DNA of 64,000 bases. It comes from an uncultured Ignavibacteriales bacterium. GTDB taxonomy: Bacteria > Zixibacteria > MSB-5A5 > GN15 > JAAZOE01. Under the pieces are notes generated by a model, which was given only the letters and a program-made list of their open reading frames with translations, ran no database searches and was not told the origin of the DNA. This document shows positions 17,484 through 25,055 of the stretch, one piece after another. The translations under genes and the position numbers were made by a program. The stretch covers positions 1,607-65,606 of the forward strand of contig CAZJWR010000012.1 of the NCBI GenBank assembly GCA_964549765.1. Direction: 5' to 3'. Positions within the stretch are counted from its first letter, which is position 1; each line of letters begins with the position of its first letter.

Positions 17484-19409
17484 ATGCGCATTACGACCGA
17501 CATGGTGTACAACCGGACGATTTTTAATCTGTCTCGGAATCTCGATCGCTATATGAGCGTCGAGAGCATGGTATCGAGCGGGCGGCGGATCAACACGCCC
17601 TCGGACGACCCGATCGGAACCCATCACGATCTCAATTACCGAACCCGCCTGAGTGAAATCGAACAATACCTATCGAATATCAGCCAGGGATCGGGGTGGA
17701 TGGCGACCTACGACAGCGGTCTGGGCGATCTCAAGAACCTGTACAGTTCGGCCAAAGAGATTGCCTTGATGATGGCCAACGACACTTATGATGACGTTGC
17801 CCGCGAAGCCGCCGCCAACGAGGTCCAGGGAATCCTCGATCAGGTGCTGCAACTGGGCAACGCCGACGTCGACGGGCGCTATCTCTATTCCGGCCACCGG
17901 ACCCGCACCAAACCGCTGGAAGCTTCGGCTAACGGCGTCGTCTATCGCGGCGACCGGGGGACGATCGAATTGGAGGTGGACGTGTCCTCGCGGATCAATT
18001 CCAATCTGATCGGTGAAGATATTTTTCTCAAACAGTTGCAGGTTCTCGGCGAGGACGCCGACCTGCATGCCGGATTACTGGGGACAACCCCGGTGGCGGA
18101 TCTGAAGCTGGGCGACGGGATCGACTTGTCCGCGGGAACGTTCGAGATTCATGACAATAATCGCAATGTCACCTACACGGTCGACATCTCCGGTGCGACC
18201 ACCGTCGATGACATTGTCAACGCCATAAACACGCAACTGGGGCCGGCTGCCAATCTGTCGGTGAAAATCTCCGACGTCGGCGCGTCCCTCACCTGGGAAC
18301 CGACGACCGGCGCGACGAATACGGTTACGCTCGATACCCCGATATCGAATCTCAACGGCGGCTCCGGGATCGACCTGAACGGCGGTCGCTTCCTGATACG
18401 AAACGCCGATGAAAGCATCAGTGCCGAAGTCGACGTATCGGGCGCATCGACCATCGGTGATGTCATCGCGTCCATCAACGGCGCCCTGGCGACGTCCGGC
18501 ATCGCCGGTGTCACAGCCGGACTCAACAGCGATGGCACCGGACTGGCCTTGACCGACACCAACGTGCCGCCGCTCGGTCTGGTCGTGGAGGAAGTTTCTT
18601 CCGATTACTCCACGGCGAGCGATCTCGGACTTACGGGGCCGCTGGAGCCGACCCTCGAAGGCCGCGATCTGAGCCCGCAGCCGGATTTCACCATCCGCGA
18701 TATCGGATCGCAAACGGTCGCCGCCGATCTCGGCATAGGCGGCACGATAAATTCCGAGACGGTTGGCGGGCAGCTTCAGCCGCTTTTGACCGTGGATACC
18801 CTGTTGTCGTCGCTCAACAACAAGGCGGGCTTCGACCTCGGGGAGATAAAAATTTCGCAGGGCGATCAGGTCGCTTTCGTCGATCTCAGCAGTTTGGCCT
18901 TCACGACCGTCGCCGATCTCCTGAATGCAATCAATTCCTGCGGCCTGGATATCACGGCCTCCGTCAACGACGCCGGGACCGGCATCCAGATAGTCTCGAA
19001 CCTGACCGACCGCACGCTGATCGTCGAAAATAACGATTCCTCCCGGACCGCCAATACGCTCGGCGTAATCGGATCGTCTGATATGCTGGGGTCGCTTATG
19101 CTTCTGGTGACGGCGTTGCAGAATGATGACCGGGAACTGGCCGAACGACTGGTCGGAAACATGGACTTGGCCATGAACGAGCTGCTCAGCTCGCGCGCTA
19201 CCGTCGGATCGCGTATGATCCGCATGGATACGACCCAGAACCGGCTCGAAAATTCCCGGACCACTGTTACCAAAATGCTATCCGACGTGGAAGACGCCGA
19301 TATGGTCACGGCCGTGAGCGATCTGGCCAAGCAGGAGAATCTCTATAAAGCGGCATTGATGGCCAGCTCGAGCATCATGCAGTATTCGTTGGTCGATTTC
19401 CTCAGATGA
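17484..19409 (+). CDS. flgL: flagellar hook-associated protein 3 FlgL (enlarged, ~640 aa)
   Basis: MRITTDMVYNRTIFNL at the N-terminus and a flagellin-like C-terminus (EDADMVTAVSDLAKQENLYKAALMASSSIMQYSLVDFL). The central region has three flagellin IN-type motifs (TTVDDIVNAINTQL, STIGDVIASINGAL, TTVADLLNAINSCG). ATG 17484 follows GGAAGGA. Confidence 0.88.
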   Translation: MRITTDMVYNRTIFNLSRNLDRYMSVESMVSSGRRINTPSDDPIGTHHDLNYRTRLSEIEQYLSNISQGSGWMATYDSGLGDLKNLYSSAKEIALMMANDTYDDVAREAAANEVQGILDQVLQLGNADVDGRYLYSGHRTRTKPLEASANGVVYRGDRGTIELEVDVSSRINSNLIGEDIFLKQLQVLGEDADLHAGLLGTTPVADLKLGDGIDLSAGTFEIHDNNRNVTYTVDISGATTVDDIVNAINTQLGPAANLSVKISDVGASLTWEPTTGATNTVTLDTPISNLNGGSGIDLNGGRFLIRNADESISAEVDVSGASTIGDVIASINGALATSGIAGVTAGLNSDGTGLALTDTNVPPLGLVVEEVSSDYSTASDLGLTGPLEPTLEGRDLSPQPDFTIRDIGSQTVAADLGIGGTINSETVGGQLQPLLTVDTLLSSLNNKAGFDLGEIKISQGDQVAFVDLSSLAFTTVADLLNAINSCGLDITASVNDAGTGIQIVSNLTDRTLIVENNDSSRTANTLGVIGSSDMLGSLMLLVTALQNDDRELAERLVGNMDLAMNELLSSRATVGSRMIRMDTTQNRLENSRTTVTKMLSDVEDADMVTAVSDLAKQENLYKAALMASSSIMQYSLVDFLR

Positions 19410-19428
19410 TAGGATAGAGGAGTAGTCT

Positions 19429-19908
19429 ATGAAAATCGAAACCTCACGTTTCGGGACCCTGGACGTCAGCGACGACGTCGTTATCCGGATGACCAAGCCG
19501 GTATTGGGCTTCGAGCAGTACCGGAAATACGTCATCGTCGAAACCGATGATTTCGAACCGTTCAAATGGCTTCAATCGGTCGAAAACGCCGAGCTGGCGT
19601 TCGTCATCGTCAACCCGTCCCTGTTTTTCCCGGATTATACCATCGAGGTCAATCCCAAGGAGATCGAGGAGCTGGAGGTCGGCGACGTTGGCGAGATTAT
19701 CACCTACTCGATCGTCACCATCCCGTCCGACTATACCCGGATGACTGCCAATCTTCAGGGACCCATCCTGATCAATTCGCGGACGCGACTGGCCAAACAA
19801 TTGGTGCTCGTCAATTCCCAGCACGGAATCAAACATCGGCTATTCGGCCCGGTCGAGACCGAAACGGCCGGCAGGAAAACGCCCGAGCGCTTACCGGCTC
19901 ACGTATAG
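19429..19908 (+). CDS. fliW: flagellar assembly factor FliW
   Basis: MKIETSRFGTLDVSDDVVIRMTKPVLGFEQYRKYVIVE...PFKWLQSVENAELAFVIVNP...ANLQGPILINSRTRLAKQLVL. Confidence 0.9.
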   Translation: MKIETSRFGTLDVSDDVVIRMTKPVLGFEQYRKYVIVETDDFEPFKWLQSVENAELAFVIVNPSLFFPDYTIEVNPKEIEELEVGDVGEIITYSIVTIPSDYTRMTANLQGPILINSRTRLAKQLVLVNSQHGIKHRLFGPVETETAGRKTPERLPAHV

Positions 19909-19969
19909 CCGAACCACCCTAACCGGTCGGCGCAAACCCGGCGCATAGGCTGCGGCGAAAGGGCATGGG

Positions 19970-22126
19970 ATGCATAAGCCCGAGGATGCAAAAATCAGCC
20001 TTCCCCTCGAAACCCTGACGGTTTCCGAATTGGCGGCCGTGTTCATGGAACGATACACGAGTCAACCTCCGAGCAAGGATAATGTCGTGGAACGAACGAG
20101 AGATAACAAATCGGACGGCGCCATGCCCGCATCGGCCGGAAACGATGCGGCTCGCGCGGGGACGCAGACGGACAAGCCATCCCTTTCCGCTTGCATGATC
20201 GTCAAAAACGAATCGGATATGCTGCCTTGCTGCCTGGCGTCCCTCCGTAATATCGCCGGTGAGATCGTGCTCGTCGATACCGGCTCAACCGATCGGACCA
20301 AAGATATCGCCAATGAATTCGATTGCCGGATCGTGGAATTCCCTTGGACGGGCGATTTTGCCGCCGCCCGCAATGAATCGATGAAACATGCCGAAAAAGA
20401 GTGGATATTCATAATCGACGCCGACGAGGAACTCCCCGCCGAGGCGATCGATGATATTCGGGATATAGTAAAACGGGATGACGTTGATATCGTTTCCCTC
20501 ACCGTGGTAAACAAATCGCCTGAAACCGGCCGGGTGTCGTCCGTGCTGCCGTCGATCCGTCTCTTTCGCCGGAATCTGGGGCTTCAATATGAAGGGATCG
20601 TCCATAATCGGCTGGCAATTCCCGGGGACGTCGCCGTCGTGCGGACCACGATAGAACTGTATCATTACGGTTACGATTTGCCCGATGACAGACTAAGGGA
20701 AAAGCAGGCCCGGTCTCGGGAGCTGCTGGAACGGCAGTTGCGCAAGAACCCGGACGATGTCTTCGCCAATTTCAACATGGCTCAGCTTTTGATGGGGCGA
20801 CACGGAACCGCCGATGAGAACATCTGCCGAACCATCGTCGATCATGCAGCCCGGGTGATCGCGAATCATGATCCCGCGCAGACGGGCCATCTCGGATATT
20901 TCCTCATGGCCCATTATCAGACGGCCACGGCGTTGTGCGCGCTGCGCCGCTACGACGAAGCCGAAAAATTCTGCGTCGCCGCCCTTGAAAAGAAAAACGA
21001 CTACCTCGACATGATACTGACTCTCGCCAACATTCACCTGGCTCGGGCCGATCTGAAGGGCGCCCGTGAATTTTATCTACGGTGTTTGGAGTTGGCTGAT
21101 TGCTATCGCCCGGATCAGGAACGGCACGATATCATCATGCATCATTTGCACAGTCGCCATATCGCTGAATACGGACTGGCGACCATCAGTCGCCTCGAAA
21201 ATAATATCGACGACGCGTTGAAATATTACCGGCGGGTGGCGCGTGAGTATGGAGCGTATCTTGATACGTACTATCTGATGGGCGTCCTCTATCTGCGCCG
21301 GGGCGAACCGGCGCAGGCCGAGGAGATTCTGACCGAGGAAATCACGCGGCATCCCGATTCGGCCATGGCCCATATCGTTCTGGCCAAGGCGCTGGAAATG
21401 CAGGGGCGGGGAGACCGTGGAATTGAGCGCCTGCAGGCGGCCCACGCGGCGTTGCCGAACAATGTCGATATCCTATTCGCCCTGGCGGCCATGCTGATCA
21501 ATCTGGGCCGGACCGACGAAGGAATCGGCCGCATCAAAACTGCGGTCGAACTTGCCGGAGACGATCATCGAATACATTTCAGAGCCGCCGGGATGTTCTT
21601 CGAAATAGGCGATTTCACCGAAGCCGCGGACAATTACCGGAACTGCCTGAAACAGAAACCCCTATGGCCGGAAGCCTACGCCAATCTCGGCAACTGCTGT
21701 TTCCGGCAGGAATTATATGGCCCTGCCGCCGCCTGTTACGAAACTGCCTTGGCGCTGGCGCCCGATAATGATCTCGCTCGAAGAAACCTCGGCCTGACCC
21801 ATGCCCGAGCCGGCAAAGCTGACTTCGCACTGGCGATATTAAAGGATTATGTTGCGCATCATCCCGATGACTTTGAAATATGCCGCCTGGCGGGGGATTT
21901 GTCGCTTTCGTCCGGCCAATATGCCGCAGCTGTCGACTGCTACGAGAAGTGCCTCGGGGCCGATCCCACGGACATGAACTCCCTTTTCCGGCTGGCCGAG
22001 GCGTACCGCGCCATGGGACACTTCAAGGCGGCGGAAGCCGGATATCGCTATCTTCTTGAGCTCAATTCGGATTTTGAGCCGGCCCGGGACCGCTTGGGCG
22101 AAATGGCCGCCGCTGGCGCAATATAA
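19970..22126 (+). CDS. family-2 glycosyltransferase fused to a long TPR domain (putative flagellin glycosyltransferase; start uncertain)
   Basis: GT2 core (LSACMIVKNESDMLPCCLASL...VLVDTGSTDRT...FAAARNESMKHAEKEWIFIIDADEEL), then >400 aa of TPR repeats. It is located directly upstream of the flagellin promoter. Internal Met codons at 20045 and 20123 are alternative starts. Confidence 0.85.
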   Translation: MHKPEDAKISLPLETLTVSELAAVFMERYTSQPPSKDNVVERTRDNKSDGAMPASAGNDAARAGTQTDKPSLSACMIVKNESDMLPCCLASLRNIAGEIVLVDTGSTDRTKDIANEFDCRIVEFPWTGDFAAARNESMKHAEKEWIFIIDADEELPAEAIDDIRDIVKRDDVDIVSLTVVNKSPETGRVSSVLPSIRLFRRNLGLQYEGIVHNRLAIPGDVAVVRTTIELYHYGYDLPDDRLREKQARSRELLERQLRKNPDDVFANFNMAQLLMGRHGTADENICRTIVDHAARVIANHDPAQTGHLGYFLMAHYQTATALCALRRYDEAEKFCVAALEKKNDYLDMILTLANIHLARADLKGAREFYLRCLELADCYRPDQERHDIIMHHLHSRHIAEYGLATISRLENNIDDALKYYRRVAREYGAYLDTYYLMGVLYLRRGEPAQAEEILTEEITRHPDSAMAHIVLAKALEMQGRGDRGIERLQAAHAALPNNVDILFALAAMLINLGRTDEGIGRIKTAVELAGDDHRIHFRAAGMFFEIGDFTEAADNYRNCLKQKPLWPEAYANLGNCCFRQELYGPAAACYETALALAPDNDLARRNLGLTHARAGKADFALAILKDYVAHHPDDFEICRLAGDLSLSSGQYAAAVDCYEKCLGADPTDMNSLFRLAEAYRAMGHFKAAEAGYRYLLELNSDFEPARDRLGEMAAAGAI

Positions 22127-22174
22127 GTCGCTACCCGGTACACACTTGCATTATCATTTGGGGCATAAAACCAG

Positions 22175-22201
22175 TAAAGTCCGGCGTAATTATGCCGATC
22201 T
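22175..22201 (+). promoter_or_regulatory. sigma-28 (FliA) promoter of the flagellin gene
   Basis: TAAA (22175-22178) - 15 nt - GCCGATCT (22194-22201), against the consensus TAAA-N15-GCCGATAA. It lies ~195 nt upstream of the flagellin ATG. Confidence 0.7.
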
Positions 22202-22394
22202 AAGGCAGTAGAAAGAACCGTCACATATAATGAGACGACCCTTGTTCAGGGAAAGGAGGTACATAAGGATACTTTGAAAGATAGTATTATCAATAACTTA
22301 TACATCGGAGTCATGTGCCATGGATGGGCGAGAAAAAAGATGAATGGTATTGCGGCCAAGGAAGCGTCGCAATCGATTCACGGAGGAATTGTAC
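22202..22394 (+). promoter_or_regulatory. long flagellin 5' leader with multiple GGA motifs (candidate CsrA sites, one over the SD)
   Basis: GGA triplets occur at 22250, 22255 (AAAGGAGG), 22267 (AUAAGGAUAC), 22307, 22322, 22360 (CAAGGAAG) and 22382/22385 (CACGGAGGA, which is the SD for ATG 22395). Confidence 0.45.
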
Positions 22395-24563
22395 ATGTCA
22401 TTGCGTATTAACAACAACATCGCTGCCATCAATGCCCACCGTAACCTGACTCTGACGACACGGCAGCTGTCCAGTTCGATGGAAAAACTGTCGTCCGGTT
22501 ACCGGATCAACCGCGCCAGCGACAACCCGGCCGGCTTGGTAATTTCCGAGCAGTTCCGGGCTCAGATCGCCGGTTTGGGCCGTGCTATCGAGAACTCCGA
22601 AGGTTCCATCAACATGATTCAGACCGCTGAGGGAGCCCTCAACGAACTAAACAATCTGTTGGTCTCAATGCGCGAGTTGGCCATTCATGCGGCCAACGAA
22701 GGTTTCAACGATACCGATCAGCTGGCGGCGGACCAGGCGGAAATCGCCAACGCCATCAAGACGATCGATCGTATCGCTGCCAACACGCAGTTCGGCACCA
22801 AGAAACTGCTCGATGGCACCAAGGACAACATTGCCACCATTACCAGTTCCAACTCGACCGGCGTCACCATCCTCAACAGCGAACTGACCACCGGCACGCA
22901 TTCGATCCAGGCGACCAGGACGTCGGATTCCTCGGCGACGCTCAACACTACGTCGCTGGGCGTTTCGCTGGCGACAGCCACCGGCTCGCCGGTAAACCTG
23001 ACCGAAGGTATTCATAACATCGACGTGCTCCAGGCCTCAGGGGGCGCGGAGAAGGTGTCCGACTCCATCGACATCAATGATGCTTTCGGCAACGGCTTCG
23101 AGATCAACGCCACGGCGGCGGCGGCCCAATTCACCTCGGGCGCGGCCCTTGTCGCGGCCACGGCCGGTTCCGCCGGCACATACAACGTCGTTCTCAATTA
23201 CCAGGAGAACAACGAGGCCGTCACCGGTGACCAGACCATTTCGGTCGACGTCGCCGACGGCGACAGTGCGGCGGTTCAGGTCACCAAGTGGAACACGGCT
23301 CTGGGCAACAACACCGCCCTGGCCGGAAAGGTCGAAGCGGCTCTGGGCACCGGCGGCGAATTAGTATTCCGCGCCACCAACCAGGGCGCGCAGTACTCCC
23401 TGAAGATGACCAGCTTCGCCGGTGTCGACACCGCTTCTCTCTATGGTGACTACACGGTCGGCACGGATCGCGGCATTTCCAATGGCGTGCTGAATTTCAC
23501 CATCAATACCGCCTCCAACGCCAATATGACGTCCGACGTGACGATAGCCGACGGCACCTATACCTCGCTGTCATCGCTGGTCGGGGCCATCAACACGGCC
23601 CTCAACACCTCTTTCGGAACCATCGGAGCCACCACTCAGCAGGATATCACGGCTGAGATATATGACACCGATAAGATCCGCTTCTACAGCGCGGATGAAG
23701 GTTCCGACTATTCGATCAAGCTAAACACCGCCGGCTCCGAATCGTATCGTCTGGAGAAGGCACTGGGTACGTCGGTCGACACCGTTGCAAAGCGGGGCAC
23801 CGATGCCATCATCAGCTTCGACAATTATTCGACGTCGATTACGGCCGTCAACTACGATTCCACCCGGGACGTCACGCTTTACAACAAGGCCGCGGATGAA
23901 ATCAACCGGGGTTCAGTCGACTTTACGGTCAGCACGGCGGCCAACGGCGTTAACCTCGGCAACCTGTTGCTGGACGTGAAGGCGGCCACGTATGACGTCC
24001 GTCTCGACGCCGGCCCGGGCACCTCGGTGACGGCCGGTAAAGACGCCGTGATTTACAACGCCGATCGCACCGAATCATTGAAGATTCGTATGGGCCTGAC
24101 CTCGACCGGCGGTACGGAGACGATCCAGAACACCGATTCTTCGCTTGTGTTCCAGATCGGCCCGAATGTCGGCCAGACGGCCAAGATCGGTATCAAGAAC
24201 ATGTCGGCTTCGTCGCTGGGTCGCAACCTGGCGGGCAACATGTTCCGCAACCTGTCCGAAATCGATGTGACGACGGTTCAGGGCGCTCAGGACGCTCAGT
24301 CGGTCGTCGATGCCGTCATCAACGAGGTGACGACGACCCGCGGTACGCTGGGTAGCTTCCAGAAGAATTCGCTGGAGTCCAACCTGCGTAACCTCCAGAT
24401 CGCTCAGCAGAACCTGACCGCGTCGGAGTCGATGATTCGCGACACCGACATGGCTAAGGAGATGTCGAACTTCGTCAAGCAGCAGATTCTGCTGCAGGCC
24501 GGCACCGCCATGTTGGCTCAAGCCAACCAGGTGCCGCAAGTAGTTCTGTCACTCTTTAAGTAG
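22395..24563 (+). CDS. fliC: flagellin (722 aa, large variable central domain)
   Basis: MSLRINNNIAAINAHRNLTLTTRQLSSSMEKLSSGYRINRASDNPAGL at the N-terminus and TRGTLGSFQKNSLESNLRNLQIAQQNLTASESMIRDTDMAKEMSNFVKQQILLQAGTAMLAQANQ at the C-terminus. ATG 22395 has a GGAGGA RBS, and the gene ends in a double stop TAGTAG. Confidence 0.94.
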   Translation: MSLRINNNIAAINAHRNLTLTTRQLSSSMEKLSSGYRINRASDNPAGLVISEQFRAQIAGLGRAIENSEGSINMIQTAEGALNELNNLLVSMRELAIHAANEGFNDTDQLAADQAEIANAIKTIDRIAANTQFGTKKLLDGTKDNIATITSSNSTGVTILNSELTTGTHSIQATRTSDSSATLNTTSLGVSLATATGSPVNLTEGIHNIDVLQASGGAEKVSDSIDINDAFGNGFEINATAAAAQFTSGAALVAATAGSAGTYNVVLNYQENNEAVTGDQTISVDVADGDSAAVQVTKWNTALGNNTALAGKVEAALGTGGELVFRATNQGAQYSLKMTSFAGVDTASLYGDYTVGTDRGISNGVLNFTINTASNANMTSDVTIADGTYTSLSSLVGAINTALNTSFGTIGATTQQDITAEIYDTDKIRFYSADEGSDYSIKLNTAGSESYRLEKALGTSVDTVAKRGTDAIISFDNYSTSITAVNYDSTRDVTLYNKAADEINRGSVDFTVSTAANGVNLGNLLLDVKAATYDVRLDAGPGTSVTAGKDAVIYNADRTESLKIRMGLTSTGGTETIQNTDSSLVFQIGPNVGQTAKIGIKNMSASSLGRNLAGNMFRNLSEIDVTTVQGAQDAQSVVDAVINEVTTTRGTLGSFQKNSLESNLRNLQIAQQNLTASESMIRDTDMAKEMSNFVKQQILLQAGTAMLAQANQVPQVVLSLFK

Positions 24564-24581
24564 TAGGTCTACAGGGATTAT

Positions 24582-24606
24582 CGGGGGGGCGCCCGTCGCC
24601 TCCCCG
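24582..24606 (+). terminator. GC-rich hairpin after flagellin (possible attenuator/terminator without U-tract)
   Basis: CGGGGGGGC-gcccgtc-GCCTCCCCG: a 9 bp stem (one G-U) with a 7 nt loop, 19 nt after the fliC stop. There is no T-run, so the assignment is tentative. Confidence 0.4.
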
Positions 24607-24627
24607 AATTCCCCCAGGATAAGGTGA

Positions 24628-25011
24628 ATGGTCATGCGTCTGGATCATATGATGCCGTCCGGGGGACAAGCAAGCAACGGAGCCGCAAGCGTACAGAATA
24701 CACTGCCTGGAATGAACGCGGCGGTTATGCAAGATGCAACGAGTCCCGATCGGTTGGATACGGTGCTGATATCGGAGACAGGCCAGAATTTGTTTGAAAT
24801 GGAAAAAATAATCGCGAATCTGCGGAAATACGCAGACTGGGCGAATTTTGACATAAATTTCGCGCTGGATGATAAAACCGGAACCCTGGTTATCCGTATC
24901 GTCGACCGCGATACCGGCGAGGTCAGGCGGCAAATTCCGCCGGATGAAATTTTGGCCCTGCGATCGCATCTGCAGGAGCTGCTCAAAGACGCCTTTGCCG
25001 AATCGGCATAG
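24628..25011 (+). CDS. flaG: flagellar protein FlaG
   Basis: 127 aa. The FlaG-family C-terminal core is present (NFDINFALDDKTGTLVIRIVDRDTGEVRRQIPPDEILALRSHLQEL). It lies between fliC and fliD. Confidence 0.8.
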   Translation: MVMRLDHMMPSGGQASNGAASVQNTLPGMNAAVMQDATSPDRLDTVLISETGQNLFEMEKIIANLRKYADWANFDINFALDDKTGTLVIRIVDRDTGEVRRQIPPDEILALRSHLQELLKDAFAESA

Positions 25012-25055
25012 ACGGCGGGAATATACGGGGAAACGCCCCAACATAGGAGTTAGCC

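Noticed and set aside
22344-22394. In-frame upstream ATG that would add MVLRPRKRRNRFTEELY to the flagellin.
   Set aside because: Flagellins begin at the MxxxINxN helix. ATG 22395 has a GGAGGA SD at the proper distance, and the extension would cover that SD.
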